Counted from the stretch's first letter, positions 51,913 through 62,504 are shown. The stretch is DNA of 64,000 nucleotides from an uncultured delta proteobacterium (GCA_963743525.1 CAVUQH010000004.1:32001-96000), one strand, 5' to 3'. Notes: generated by a model not told the origin, from the letters alone. Program-made: numbers and translations.

Positions 51913-54900
51913 GTGCTCGCCAAACCTCCATTCGACGCGGGCCCGCGTTTCGAAATCCGCCGATCCCTGGGACACGGCGGGATGGGCGTGGTTTTCGAGG
52001 CGTACGACCGCGAGCGACGAGAGCTCGTCGCACTCAAGACCATGCGCAGCGTGGGCGTCCGCGAGCTCGCGCGGTTCAAGCGCGAGTTCCGCGCCGTGCA
52101 CGACCTGGCGCATCCCAACGTGGTGGCGCTGGGTGAGCTGTTCGACGGCGAATCCGAGCCGTTCTTCACCATGGAGCTCGTGCGCGGCGGGACCTTCCTC
52201 GACTACGTCCGCGCCTGGGACGACCGAGCGGAGCGCAGCGACTCACTGACGCCTTCGACCCGCCAGCAGTGGAGCTCGCCGCGCGACCATGTGTCGGCTG
52301 GCAATTCGTCGAGCGGATCCTCGGCTGCCGCCGCGGTGCCGCGAGTTGCGGTGCCGGTAGCGTACGACGACGCGCGGTTGCGCCACGCGCTGGAGCAGCT
52401 GACCCGCGCCATCGTCGCCGTGCACGGCGCTGGCCTGGTCCATCGCGACATCAAACCGTCCAACGTCCTGGTCACCCGCGAGGGCCGCGTGGTGCTGCTC
52501 GATTTCGGCCTGGTCACCGAGACCAGCTCGCCTACCGGGCCGACGCAGTCGTCGCAGACCGGCGCGGTCGGCACGGTGGCCTACATGGCTCCCGAGCAAG
52601 CCATCTCCGGAGACATCGGCCCGGCAGCAGACTGGTTCAGCGTCGGGGTCATGCTGTTCGAATCGCTCACCGGCGTGCTGCCGCATACCGGGCGCACCAC
52701 CTTCGACGTGATCCTCAACAAGCAGCAGGTCCCGGCACCGCCCCCCAGGCAGTTGGTGCCAACGGTACCGGCAGACCTGGACGCTCTTTGTGTCGGGCTG
52801 CTGCACACCGATCCCGGCCAGCGGCCGAGCGGCAGCGACCTTCTCACCCGGCTGGGTGTTCGGACCAGCGACACCGGCGCCTTCGAGACATTGGCCGCAG
52901 GGCCCAGCATCACGGCGGGCAACCCGTTCGTCGGTCGCGCCGACGAATTGCAAGCGCTGCGCGCGGCGTTCGAGCGCAGCCACGAGTCGCCGGTCGCATT
53001 GTTCGTCGAAGGCGTTTCCGGCGTGGGCAAGACCCAGCTCGTCGAAGCGTTCCTCGAGCAACTGTCCGACTCGATACCGGCGCCGGTGCTCCTGTCCGGG
53101 CGCTGCTACGAGCGCGAGGTCGTCTCGTACAAGGCATTCGACGGCATCGCCGAGGCGCTCGCGCGCTACCTGGTGCGACTGTCGCCGGTCGACGTCGCCG
53201 GGCTGATGCCGATGCACGCGGCGCTGCTTGCCCGGCTGTTCCCGTCCCTGCGCCGGGTCGAGGCGATCGCCACCGCGCCGCGGCTCGACGAAGCGCCCAA
53301 CCCGCACGACCAGCGGCGGAGAATGTTCGGCGCTCTGCGCGAGCTGTTCTCGCGGATCGCCGAGCGCCGGCCGCTGGTCTGCTTCATCGACGACCTGCAG
53401 TGGACCGATGCCGACAGCCTGATCCTGTTGCAGGATCTCCTCGGCGGCGAAGACCCACCGCCGCTGCTGCTCATCGCCACCATGCGTCCGGTCGACGACG
53501 ACGTCCGCCGCGCGCTGTTGCGCAGCGTGGACGATCTGGCGCACACCGAGCATGTCCCGCTGCGCGAGCTGTCGCCGGCCGAAGCGGAGAACCTCGCCGC
53601 GCTGTTGCTCCCCGATCGCGACCAGACCGTGCACCGGGCGATCGCCGCCGACGCAAGCGGACACCCGCTGCTCCTCCACGCGCTCGCGCGGCACCTGGCC
53701 GGCTCTGCCGACGCCACCGTGACCGGCGCGTCGTTGGAAGAGATGCTCGCGGCCCGCATCGACACGCTGCCCGACAGCACCAGACAGCTGCTCGAGGTGG
53801 TGGCGCTGTACGGCGGACCGGTCACGCAGCAAGTGGCCGGCCGCGCCGCCAAGATGCCCCGCGCCGACGTGGCCAAAGCGGTGCACGTCCTGCGCGCGGC
53901 CCACCTCCTGCGCACCGACGGTGTCCGCCATACCGACCGCGTCTTCACCTATCACGACCGGGTGCGCGAGCACGTCACGGGCACTCTCGACGACGAACGG
54001 CGCCGGTACCTGCACCGCCGGTTGGCCGCCGCGCTGGCGCAGACCGACGAAGCCGACCTCGATCCGCGCGCGCTGGTGCGCCACGCCCGCGCCGCCGGGC
54101 AGCTCGACCAGGCCGCGCTCCACGCCATCGCCGCGGCGCAGCACGCGATGACGACCCTCGCATTCGACCAGGCGGCCGAGCTGTTTGCCGCCGCGGTCGA
54201 GCTGGCCGAAGACGACCAGGGAACGCTGCGCGTGCTGCGCCTTCAGCAGGCCGCCGCCCTGGTCCACGCCGGTCGCGGGCCGGAAGCCGCCGGGGTGCTG
54301 ATGCTGGCGGCCGACGACGCCGATCCGGCGGTGCGCCTGGACTGCCAGCGGCAGGCGGCCGAGCAGTGGATCAACACCGGTCACCTGGACAAGGGGATGG
54401 ACGTCCTCCGCGCCTCCCTGGCCGAGATCGGCGAGCCGCTGGCCGCCGGTCCGCGACGAGCGCTGGCGCGCGTGCTGTGGAACCGGACGCGCATTCGACT
54501 CCGCGGCCTTCACCACCGGCCGCGCATGGAGAGCCAGGTCTCGCCGGAGGCGTTGCGCCGCCTCGACGTCCTTCGTACCGTGGCCCACGGCCTGGCGATG
54601 GTCAACTTCATCCGCGGCGCCGACTTCAACGGGCGCTTCCTGCTGCAGGCGCTGCGCACCGGCGAGCCCCAGCGTCTGATCGAGGCGCTGGCCACCGAGG
54701 TGGTCTATCTATCCAGCCAGGGCGGACGGGCCGACCGGCGCGCTCGCCGGATATTCGCGCGCATGAAGGAGCTGGCCGAGAACGCGCCCGACGATGCCTA
54801 CGCTCGCAGCTGGCTGTTGCTGGCCGACGGCGCCGCCAAGTTCTTCGAGGGCACCTTCGCCGAGGCCGACGTCGCCCTGGAGCAATGCGAGAAGGTGCTG

Positions 54901-55704
54901 ACCAGTCGCACGACCGGCACCACCGCCGAGCGCAACAACGCCCGCGTCTTTCGCCTGCTGGCGACCCGCCACCTGGGGCAGTGGCGCCACTGTCGCGCGC
55001 TCGCGGTCGAGGCGATCCGATCCGGCCAGCAACGCGGCGACCGTTATCTCGAGGCCACGGCCCGACTCCTGCGCGTGCCCGGCCTGCTGGCCAGCGACGA
55101 CGTCGCGACCGCGCAACCGGGTGAGGACGCCATCCTCTGGTCACCGCCCGAGAGCGGCTACCACATCCAGCACTATTACCAGTACAACGCCAACGTCGAG
55201 ATCGCGCTGTACGAAGGGACCGCCGCGGAGCGCTTCGACGAGCTGACCCGCGCGTTCCAGGCCCTGCGGGCGTCGATGCTGTTCCGCGTGCAGATGGTGC
55301 GGGTCACCGCACTGGGCCTGCACGGACGGCTCTGCCTGGCCGCGGCCATGGCACCGAACAGCCCAGATGAGGCGCTCGCCCAGGCCCGGCGGATGGCCCG
55401 CCAATTGTCCGGGGAGAAGCTCGGCTGCGCGCAGGTGCTTGGCCATCTCCTCCGCGCCGGCCTCGCGCCACGGAACAGCGGCCGGACTGCCGACCAGCTG
55501 CGCAGGGCGATCGACGGCGCCGACCGCGACCACCTGGCGCTGCACGCCGCCGCCGCGCGCGACCGCCTGGGCATCCTGGTGGGCGGCGTCGAGGGGCACG
55601 AGCTTCGCGCTCTTGCCGCCCGCTACGTCGCCGAAGAACGGATCGCGGTGCCGGAGCTCATGTTCGAGACGGTGGTACCGGGCGTGCTCGCGCAATCGCA
55701 CTGA
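51913..55704 (+). CDS. Ser/Thr kinase - AAA ATPase - helical (TPR-like) protein
   Basis: GHGGMG, HRDIKPSN and DFG. Then FVGR..EL, Walker A GVSGVGKT, Walker B FIDDLQWTD and GHPLLL. Confidence 0.93.
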   Translation: MLAKPPFDAGPRFEIRRSLGHGGMGVVFEAYDRERRELVALKTMRSVGVRELARFKREFRAVHDLAHPNVVALGELFDGESEPFFTMELVRGGTFLDYVRAWDDRAERSDSLTPSTRQQWSSPRDHVSAGNSSSGSSAAAAVPRVAVPVAYDDARLRHALEQLTRAIVAVHGAGLVHRDIKPSNVLVTREGRVVLLDFGLVTETSSPTGPTQSSQTGAVGTVAYMAPEQAISGDIGPAADWFSVGVMLFESLTGVLPHTGRTTFDVILNKQQVPAPPPRQLVPTVPADLDALCVGLLHTDPGQRPSGSDLLTRLGVRTSDTGAFETLAAGPSITAGNPFVGRADELQALRAAFERSHESPVALFVEGVSGVGKTQLVEAFLEQLSDSIPAPVLLSGRCYEREVVSYKAFDGIAEALARYLVRLSPVDVAGLMPMHAALLARLFPSLRRVEAIATAPRLDEAPNPHDQRRRMFGALRELFSRIAERRPLVCFIDDLQWTDADSLILLQDLLGGEDPPPLLLIATMRPVDDDVRRALLRSVDDLAHTEHVPLRELSPAEAENLAALLLPDRDQTVHRAIAADASGHPLLLHALARHLAGSADATVTGASLEEMLAARIDTLPDSTRQLLEVVALYGGPVTQQVAGRAAKMPRADVAKAVHVLRAAHLLRTDGVRHTDRVFTYHDRVREHVTGTLDDERRRYLHRRLAAALAQTDEADLDPRALVRHARAAGQLDQAALHAIAAAQHAMTTLAFDQAAELFAAAVELAEDDQGTLRVLRLQQAAALVHAGRGPEAAGVLMLAADDADPAVRLDCQRQAAEQWINTGHLDKGMDVLRASLAEIGEPLAAGPRRALARVLWNRTRIRLRGLHHRPRMESQVSPEALRRLDVLRTVAHGLAMVNFIRGADFNGRFLLQALRTGEPQRLIEALATEVVYLSSQGGRADRRARRIFARMKELAENAPDDAYARSWLLLADGAAKFFEGTFAEADVALEQCEKVLTSRTTGTTAERNNARVFRLLATRHLGQWRHCRALAVEAIRSGQQRGDRYLEATARLLRVPGLLASDDVATAQPGEDAILWSPPESGYHIQHYYQYNANVEIALYEGTAAERFDELTRAFQALRASMLFRVQMVRVTALGLHGRLCLAAAMAPNSPDEALAQARRMARQLSGEKLGCAQVLGHLLRAGLAPRNSGRTADQLRRAIDGADRDHLALHAAAARDRLGILVGGVEGHELRALAARYVAEERIAVPELMFETVVPGVLAQSH

Positions 55705-55706
55705 GC

Positions 55707-58700
55707 TCAGGGTCGGCGGAAGCCCGGCGCGATGATCTGCGCGCGCCGGTCGGTGGCGACGACCCCCTTGCCGCGCATCGATTGCTCGGCCGCGCGAACC
55801 AGCGCGGCCCCGGTGTCGCCGCCGATCAGCAGACCGCGCCGATAGTCGGCGGCCGCCTGACAATGCGCCATCTGCTGCGCGCGCGCCGCTTCGGCCGCGG
55901 TCGCCAGCGCCGCCGCAGCTCCCTTCTCGTCACCCTCTTGCATGGCGATGCCGCCGGCGAGTAGTGACGACCAGACCGCGCTGTAGCGGGCGTCCTCGCG
56001 GGCAATCGACTTGCCGCAGCGCCTGGCCAGCGCCAGGTTCGCGTCTCGGTCGTGGCCGACCTCCGCGGCGGCCAGTGCCAGCCGCCCGCGCAGCCAGGTC
56101 GAGATCACGCGAACGATCTGGATGCGCACCAGCAGCGAGCTGGCCAGGCGGTCGAAGTCGTCGGCGTACTGCTCGATCGCCTGCGGCCCCCGATCCTCGA
56201 ACAGTGCCAGCTCGATGCGCGACTCGAGCTCGTAGTAGTGCTGCAGGTGATAGGTGCCCTGCGGCGGCTGCCACGCGGCGCGCTCGAGGTCGAGGCGCGC
56301 CGCGTCGGCCTGCCCTTCGGCCAGCCAGGCGATGTTGCGCACGCGCCGCATCGAGGTCTCGGTCAAGAGATCGCCGCGCCGCCGGGCATCGCGCATGTAG
56401 GTGGTCGACAGCGTTCGCAGCCGACCGATCTCGCCCAGATGGCGCAGCGTGAACAGCTGGAACAGGCGCACCGTGTTGAGCTCCCACGTTCGGCCGACCG
56501 TCTGTTCGAAGAAGATCTGCTCGGCGCGCGCGTACAGCTCCTGGGCGGGGACGAAATCGCCGCCCATGTAGCTGACCAGGGCATTGGCCGTGTGCAACCA
56601 GCCCTCCAGGTAGGGCACCGGGTGCTGGTCGCGAATCCGTCCACACTCGGCGATCAGGGTACGCGCCCGCCGGCGCCCTCTTTCGCCCTGGGTCAACAGG
56701 TAGCAGGCCTCGTGCGCCAGCGCGCGCCCGATGCGCAGCGGCTCACCCAGCTCGAGCGCCAGGAGCAGGTGGCGCGCCTGGAAGTCGGCGCCGCGGATGG
56801 TGTCGACCATGTTGAGGCCCACGCCGACCGCCTTGAAGACGTCGAGCCGGGCCAGATTGGCGTCGGCGATCTCGCGCTCGTGGTGCTCCTTCCACTTGAT
56901 CCCGCGCAGGCGGAAACGGATCCGGTTCCACAACAGCCGCGCCAGCGCGCGTCTGGGCGTGGCCGGAATGCTCGCGCCGATCTCTTGCAGCAGGTCCCCG
57001 ACCACCTCCAGGCCGCGGTCCACGTGGCCGGAGCTGAGCAGCTGCTCGGCCGCTCGCAGACGACACTCCATTCGCGTCGTCGGATCCGCGGTCTCGGCGG
57101 CGGCGACGAACACGTCGGCCGCTTCGGCGCCGCGACCGGCGTTGACCAGCGCCGTGGCCAGCTCGATACGAAGGGCGCGCAGCGCTTTGTCGTCGTGGTT
57201 CCCCAGCGCGATGGCGATCTGATAGAACTCCGCCGCCTGGTCGAAGGCCAGGCTGGCCACTGCGTGCTGGGCCGCGGCCTGCGCGTGGGTCGCGGCCAGG
57301 GTCGCGCGCCCCGCGGCCTCGGCGTGACGTACCAGGGCGTGCGGGGAATGCTGTGCGGCGCCGGTCTGCTCCAGTGCCAGCGCCAGGCGCATGTGGATCT
57401 GACGCAGGAGATCGTCGTCGAGATTGGCGTTGATGTGCTCGCGGACGCGATCGTGATAGACGACGATCTGGTCGTTCTTGCGCACGCCGTTGGTGCGCGC
57501 AAGATTGGCGGCGCGCAGCACCCGCGCCGCGCGGGTCATTTCCGGCGGCTCGATCTCGCTCGCCAGGGCGGCGACCTCCTGGGTGAGAGGTCCGCCGAAG
57601 ACGGAGATGTAGTGCAGCAGCCGCCGCTCGGTCTCGCCCAGCTGATCGATGCGCGCGGTGAGCATGTCGTCGAGGCTGGCGCCGGTCATTTCCGATCCGC
57701 CGTTCTCGCCCGCATGTCGGGCGAGCTCGTGGAGAAACAGCGGGTGCCCACCCGCCTCGGCGGTGACCTCGTCCACCGTGGTCGCGTCCTCGCCCGGCAT
57801 CAGGATCTCGACCAGCGCGCGAGCCGCGGCCGGAGGCAGCTCGGTCAGCTTGCACCGCTCGACCGGAGCTACTTCTTCCAGACTGGTGAGGAGCCCGCGG
57901 CGCGCAGCGTCGTCGATCGGTCGGATGGTCGCGATGAGCAGCACCGGCAGCGCGTGCTCGTGGGCCAGTAGCTCCTGCAGCAACACCAGACTGTCCGCGT
58001 CGGTCCACTGCAGGTCGTCGACGTACCAGACCAGCCGGCGCCGCAGCGCCATGCGCGCGAACAGCTCGCGCAGGGCGGCGAACATGCGCCGGCGCTGTCC
58101 GTGAGGCTCTGGCAGATCGCGCACCTCGGGCGCCATGGCGATCTGCTCGACTCGTTTGAGCGCGGGGAACAGCCGCCCGAGCAACGCGGCTCGCCGTGGC
58201 ATTGCCTCGGCGACCTGCACCGGCGGCAAGCGCCGGAGATGCCGCGCCAGGGCGTCGGCGATGCCGTCGAACGCCTTGTACGAGACGACCTCGCGCTCGT
58301 AGCAGCGCCCGGACAGGGCCACCAGCTCCGGCTCGTCGTCGGCCAGCTCCTCGAGGAAGCGCTCGACCAGCCGCGACTTGCCGACCCCGGAGACACCTTC
58401 GACGAGGAAGATCAGCGGCGCCGAAGCGGCGCGCCGATAGGCATCGTGCAGCGCGGCCAGCTCGCCCTCTCGGCCGACGAACGGCCGGCCCACCGTGGCA
58501 GTGTGGGTGGTGAAGACGCTGTCTCGGCGGCGGGAGCCACCGTGATCGATACCCAGGCGGTCGAGGATCTCACCGGGCGGCGGCCGGTCGCCTGGCTCTC
58601 GCTGCAACAAGTCGCTGCACAGCGAGTCGAGATCGGGCGGCACGTCGGGCACGAACTGCCGCGGCGGCGCGGCCGCGTACTTCTGCTTGCGGATCATCAG

Positions 58701-59468
58701 CTCGTAGCGCGTTCGCCCGGAGTGCGGCAGCGAGCCGGTCAGCGCCTGGAACAAGACCGCGCCGACGCTGTACCAATCGGCGGCCGGTGACACGTCGCCG
58801 GACAGCGCCTGCTCCGGCGCCATGTACGCGGCGCTGCCCACGACCCGGCGATCGCTCGAGCTCGACTCGTCCATGCTGTCGGACAGCAGCCCGAAGTCGA
58901 GGAGCACCACCCGCCCCTCGGACGTCACCATGACGTTGGACGGCTTGATGTCGCGATGCACCTTGCCCGCCTCGTGCAACACCGACACCGCCACGGCCAG
59001 CTGCTTGAGCGCGGCGCGAAGCCGGGGCTCGTCGTAGCCTGGCCGCGCTTCGTCACTCAGTCCCCGGGGCAGGGTCGGCTGTTCGCCGACGGGATCCATC
59101 GAGCCGACCATACTCGCCTGGGTCTCCGCCAGCGGATCCACCGAAGGCGACTCGACACCGCGCGCGTGCTGCAGGAAGTCAACACCGCGCACCAGCTCCA
59201 TGGAGAAGAACGGCTCCGACGCGGTGTCGAACAGCTCGTGCACGGCGACCAGGTTCGGGTGCGACATTTCGTGGATGGCCCGGAACTCGCGCTTGAAGCG
59301 AGCCAGCCAGCGCCCGTCCGCCCGCCGCAGGGTCTTGAGCGCCACGATCTCGGCGCGCTCGCGATCGTACGCCTCGTAGACCACGCCCATGCCACCTGCT
59401 CCCAGCTGGCGTCGAACGTCGAAGCGCGGTCCGGCGTCGAAGGGTCGCTCGAGCTTCGTGCGTGCCAC
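55707..59468 (-). CDS. Ser/Thr kinase - AAA ATPase - helical (TPR-like) protein, paralog of 51913..55704
   Basis: GAGGMG, HRDIKPSN and DFG. Then FVGREGEL, GVSGVGKS, YVDDLQWTD and GHPLFL. Confidence 0.93.
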   Translation of the reverse strand: MARTKLERPFDAGPRFDVRRQLGAGGMGVVYEAYDRERAEIVALKTLRRADGRWLARFKREFRAIHEMSHPNLVAVHELFDTASEPFFSMELVRGVDFLQHARGVESPSVDPLAETQASMVGSMDPVGEQPTLPRGLSDEARPGYDEPRLRAALKQLAVAVSVLHEAGKVHRDIKPSNVMVTSEGRVVLLDFGLLSDSMDESSSSDRRVVGSAAYMAPEQALSGDVSPAADWYSVGAVLFQALTGSLPHSGRTRYELMIRKQKYAAAPPRQFVPDVPPDLDSLCSDLLQREPGDRPPPGEILDRLGIDHGGSRRRDSVFTTHTATVGRPFVGREGELAALHDAYRRAASAPLIFLVEGVSGVGKSRLVERFLEELADDEPELVALSGRCYEREVVSYKAFDGIADALARHLRRLPPVQVAEAMPRRAALLGRLFPALKRVEQIAMAPEVRDLPEPHGQRRRMFAALRELFARMALRRRLVWYVDDLQWTDADSLVLLQELLAHEHALPVLLIATIRPIDDAARRGLLTSLEEVAPVERCKLTELPPAAARALVEILMPGEDATTVDEVTAEAGGHPLFLHELARHAGENGGSEMTGASLDDMLTARIDQLGETERRLLHYISVFGGPLTQEVAALASEIEPPEMTRAARVLRAANLARTNGVRKNDQIVVYHDRVREHINANLDDDLLRQIHMRLALALEQTGAAQHSPHALVRHAEAAGRATLAATHAQAAAQHAVASLAFDQAAEFYQIAIALGNHDDKALRALRIELATALVNAGRGAEAADVFVAAAETADPTTRMECRLRAAEQLLSSGHVDRGLEVVGDLLQEIGASIPATPRRALARLLWNRIRFRLRGIKWKEHHEREIADANLARLDVFKAVGVGLNMVDTIRGADFQARHLLLALELGEPLRIGRALAHEACYLLTQGERGRRRARTLIAECGRIRDQHPVPYLEGWLHTANALVSYMGGDFVPAQELYARAEQIFFEQTVGRTWELNTVRLFQLFTLRHLGEIGRLRTLSTTYMRDARRRGDLLTETSMRRVRNIAWLAEGQADAARLDLERAAWQPPQGTYHLQHYYELESRIELALFEDRGPQAIEQYADDFDRLASSLLVRIQIVRVISTWLRGRLALAAAEVGHDRDANLALARRCGKSIAREDARYSAVWSSLLAGGIAMQEGDEKGAAAALATAAEAARAQQMAHCQAAADYRRGLLIGGDTGAALVRAAEQSMRGKGVVATDRRAQIIAPGFRRP

Positions 59469-59492
59469 GAACTAGGTGATCATAGCCGTTCG

Positions 59493-60143
59493 CTAGCCGT
59501 TCGCCGACAGGCGAGCGCGATAGGTCCGAACCAGCTCGTCAACCATCGCCTGCCGCCCGTGGATGAGCGGCGAATCGCCAGAGGCCTCGATGACCCCCTC
59601 GATGGTGAGCATTCCCAGCACCGACATGTGAGCGAGGAACGCGAGGCGGCGGCCGTCCACGTCTTTCGCGATTCGGCCGGCGGCCTGGTCCCGGGCGATC
59701 TTGTCGGCCACCGCGCCGTACATGCGCTCGTTGAACGGGCGGACTTCCCGCAGGGCCTGGTCGTCGAACGGTGAAGCACCGGCCGAGCCCACCTGAGGCA
59801 CCATGTAGGCCAGGCGCAGCTCGTCCATCCGCTCGCCGTAATGATCGGCCGACGAACGGATCAATGCCGCCAACGCGTCGGCTCCGCCGTTGGCCCGCTG
59901 GACCGCGTCGCCCACGACCCTGGAATGGTTGTCGAGGGCGCGATAGATCAGCGCGAACACCAGCGCATCCTTGGCCGGGAAGTAGTGATAGAGGGCGGCC
60001 TTGGTCAGCTGCAGCTCGCGCGCGACCGCGGTCAGCGTGAAGCCGCCCAGCCCCTTCTCGAGGAGCACATGACCGGCCGCCGCCAGAATCTCCTCACGGA
60101 CCTGATCCTGTTTGCGCTTCCGCCGCAGCTCTCGTCTATCCAC
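59493..60143 (-). CDS. TetR/AcrR family transcriptional regulator
   Basis: HTH: ILAAAGHVLLEKGLGGFTLTAVARELQLTKAALYHYFPAKDAL. Confidence 0.93.
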   Translation of the reverse strand: MDRRELRRKRKQDQVREEILAAAGHVLLEKGLGGFTLTAVARELQLTKAALYHYFPAKDALVFALIYRALDNHSRVVGDAVQRANGGADALAALIRSSADHYGERMDELRLAYMVPQVGSAGASPFDDQALREVRPFNERMYGAVADKIARDQAAGRIAKDVDGRRLAFLAHMSVLGMLTIEGVIEASGDSPLIHGRQAMVDELVRTYRARLSANG

Positions 60144-60149
60144 GCGAAG

Positions 60150-60208
60150 ATTCTACCATAAGTAATTTTGTTTGACTCTAAGTATGTTTTTTCTACCGCC
60201 GGTAGAAT
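60150..60208. promoter_or_regulatory. Divergent promoter region with a palindromic operator
   Basis: Perfect TTCTACC-N3-GGTAGAA (60191-60207) and an imperfect copy at 60151-60167. TAGAAT boxes on both strands. AT-rich. Confidence 0.75.
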
Positions 60209-60254
60209 TTAGCTGCTAGGGTGATTCTCGTCAGCCCGAAAAGGGGAAGAAATC

Positions 60255-61055
60255 ATGGCAAATCCAAGCTCAGACCACCTTCGTTTGTTCGCCTTCGGCA
60301 CCGGCTGGGGCATCCCGTTCGACACCTCGGCACCGTTCCCGCTGAAGCTCGCCGCCTGGCTGCGCATGGCGGAGATCCCGTTCGAGTTCGTGGTCGCCAA
60401 CGACCCGAGCAAGGGACCCAAGGGCAAGTCGCCGTGGATCGAATACGGCGACGTCCGCATGGGCGACTCGGCGCTCATCATCGAGCACCTGGCCGAGCGC
60501 TACGGCATCGACCTCGACTCGCACCTGAATGCCCGGCAGCGCGCGCTGGCGATGGCGGTCCAGCGCATGCTCGAGGATCACTATCACCAGTGCTTCGAGC
60601 ATCAGCTGTTCTTCGGCGTCGGCAGCGACGAGCGGCTCACCGAGTTCGCCTCGTCCATGCCCATCCCGATCCGCTGGCTGGCGCCGACGGTCATCCGCCG
60701 CGCCTTCCGCAAGCAGCTCCATGCCCGCGGCATGGGCCGCCACTCGCAGGAGATCATCGTCGCCCAGGGCAAGGCCGACCTCGACGCCCTCGCCGAGCTC
60801 CTCGGTGACAAGCAGTACTTCTTCGGCGACCGGCCGTCGTCGATCGACGCTGTCATCTTCGGCTTCCTCGGCGTCAGCGTCTACGTGACCGGTGACAACC
60901 CGCTGTACCGCCACGCCGCGTCACACGAGAACCTGGTGCGCTACTGCCAGCGGATGCGGGCGAGCTACTTCCCCGAGACGCTGACGGCGAAAGTCGGCGA
61001 CACCGCTGCCGCTGTCGCCGCCGACCGGAACAACACCGCTCGGAGCGTTGCGTGA
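60255..61055 (+). CDS. Glutathione S-transferase family protein (metaxin/FAX-like)
   Basis: APFPLKL, PKGKSPWIE, GDSALIIEHL, LGDKQYFFGDRPSSIDAVIFG. SD-like AAGGGG upstream. Confidence 0.88.
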   Translation: MANPSSDHLRLFAFGTGWGIPFDTSAPFPLKLAAWLRMAEIPFEFVVANDPSKGPKGKSPWIEYGDVRMGDSALIIEHLAERYGIDLDSHLNARQRALAMAVQRMLEDHYHQCFEHQLFFGVGSDERLTEFASSMPIPIRWLAPTVIRRAFRKQLHARGMGRHSQEIIVAQGKADLDALAELLGDKQYFFGDRPSSIDAVIFGFLGVSVYVTGDNPLYRHAASHENLVRYCQRMRASYFPETLTAKVGDTAAAVAADRNNTARSVA

Positions 61056-61702
61056 ACGCAGCTGCGCCAGACGAGCAGCCGATCCTGTTCTGTGATCGTG
61101 GCTGCCCGTTCGCGCACCGGGTGCTGTCCCTGTTCGACCACCTGGGCCGCCCGTTCGATCGGCGCGAGGCGCCGGTCGGCAGCAAGCCCGAGGGGCTCAC
61201 CCGCTACTCGGCGAGCGAACGCCTGCCACTGCTGGTCCACGGTGGTCTGGTGTTGACCGAGTCGCGGGTGATGATCGACTACCTCGCCGAGCTCTACGAC
61301 TTCGCCGACGCCTATCCCGCCGACCTGGCGACGCGCACGCTGCACCGGCACGCCATGGCGGTGGTCGACGACTACCTGGTACCGCTTCTCATGAGGCGCT
61401 CCGCCGAACCTGACGAGCGCCGACTGCTGGACACCCTGTCCGCCATCGAGTCGGCGACAGCGACCACGCTGCCCCGCCCCACGCTTCTGGCCCTGCACCT
61501 GGGCCCCCTCTGGAACGCGTTCCGCAATTGGCAGCCTCGCGGCGCCGTGACCCGCGCCGTTCGCGCGCGGCCAACGCTCCACCGCTGGCTCGAAAGAGCG
61601 ACCGAGCTGCCCTGCGTCGCGCGCGCCGCGGCCGACCCCGCCACGTTGGCGGACGACCTCAAACGAGCCCGCGAAGCCGGGCTCCTGCCCAACGCCGTTT
61701 GA
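61052..61702 (+). CDS. GST N-terminal / glutaredoxin-fold protein
   Basis: CPFAHR, LPLLVHGG and LTESRVMIDYL. GTGA overlap with the upstream gene. Confidence 0.8.
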   Translation: MNAAAPDEQPILFCDRGCPFAHRVLSLFDHLGRPFDRREAPVGSKPEGLTRYSASERLPLLVHGGLVLTESRVMIDYLAELYDFADAYPADLATRTLHRHAMAVVDDYLVPLLMRRSAEPDERRLLDTLSAIESATATTLPRPTLLALHLGPLWNAFRNWQPRGAVTRAVRARPTLHRWLERATELPCVARAAADPATLADDLKRAREAGLLPNAV

Positions 61703-61714
61703 AAGGATTCTCCG

Positions 61715-62449
61715 ATGAAGATCACCAACACCCAGAGCAACACCAGCGTTGCCGAGATCGCCGCCGGCATCTACCGCATCAGCACCCCCATCCCGGCCAA
61801 TCCCGCGCTGCCCGCCGGCTTCACCTTCAACCAGTTCCTGATCGACGACGAGCAGCCGCTGCTGTTCCACACCGGCCCGCGCAAGCTGTTCCCGCTGGTG
61901 CAGGAGGCGATCGCCGCGGTGATGCCGGTGTCGAAGCTGCGCTACCTCGGGCTGTCCCACGTCGAGGCCGACGAGTGCGGCAGCCTCAACGAGCTCCTCG
62001 CCGCCGCCCCCGAGTCGTCGCCGCTGTGCAGCATGGTCGGCAAGATGGTCTCGGTCGACGACCTCGCCGACCGCGAGGCCCGCGGCATGGCCGACGGTGA
62101 GACCCTGTCCCTGGGAACGCACACGCTGCGCTGGATCGATGTTCCGCACCTGCCCCACGGCTGGGACTGCGGCTACCTTTTCGAGGAGTCAACGCGCACG
62201 CTGCTGTGCGGCGACCTGTTCACCCAGCCCGGTGACATGCACGATCCGATCACCGAGGGCGACATCCTCGGCCCCAGCGAGGCGATGCGCGAGCAGATGG
62301 ACTACTTCGCCCACAGCACGCAGTCGGCCGCGCTGTTCGAGAAGGTCGCCGCGACCGAGCCGGAGACCCTGGCCTGCATGCACGGCGCCGCCTGGCGCGG
62401 CGACGGCGCAGCCCTGCTGCGCGAGCTGTCCCGACGCGTCACGGCCTAG
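61715..62449 (+). CDS. MBL-fold di-iron protein (stand-alone FprA N-terminal / ODP-like)
   Basis: FTFNQFLI, FHTG, SHVEADE, PHLPHGWD, GDLFT and CMHG. Confidence 0.85.
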   Translation: MKITNTQSNTSVAEIAAGIYRISTPIPANPALPAGFTFNQFLIDDEQPLLFHTGPRKLFPLVQEAIAAVMPVSKLRYLGLSHVEADECGSLNELLAAAPESSPLCSMVGKMVSVDDLADREARGMADGETLSLGTHTLRWIDVPHLPHGWDCGYLFEESTRTLLCGDLFTQPGDMHDPITEGDILGPSEAMREQMDYFAHSTQSAALFEKVAATEPETLACMHGAAWRGDGAALLRELSRRVTA

Positions 62450-62465
62450 ATACGACGACAGCCCT

Positions 62466-62504
62466 CCTCGGCGTCGGCACCGGAACGCCCGGACGACGCC
62501 GAGG
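62466..62504. terminator. GC-rich hairpin after the GST-GST-MBL operon
   Basis: 11-bp perfect stem CCTCGGCGTCG/CGACGCCGAGG. No U-tract. Confidence 0.4.
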
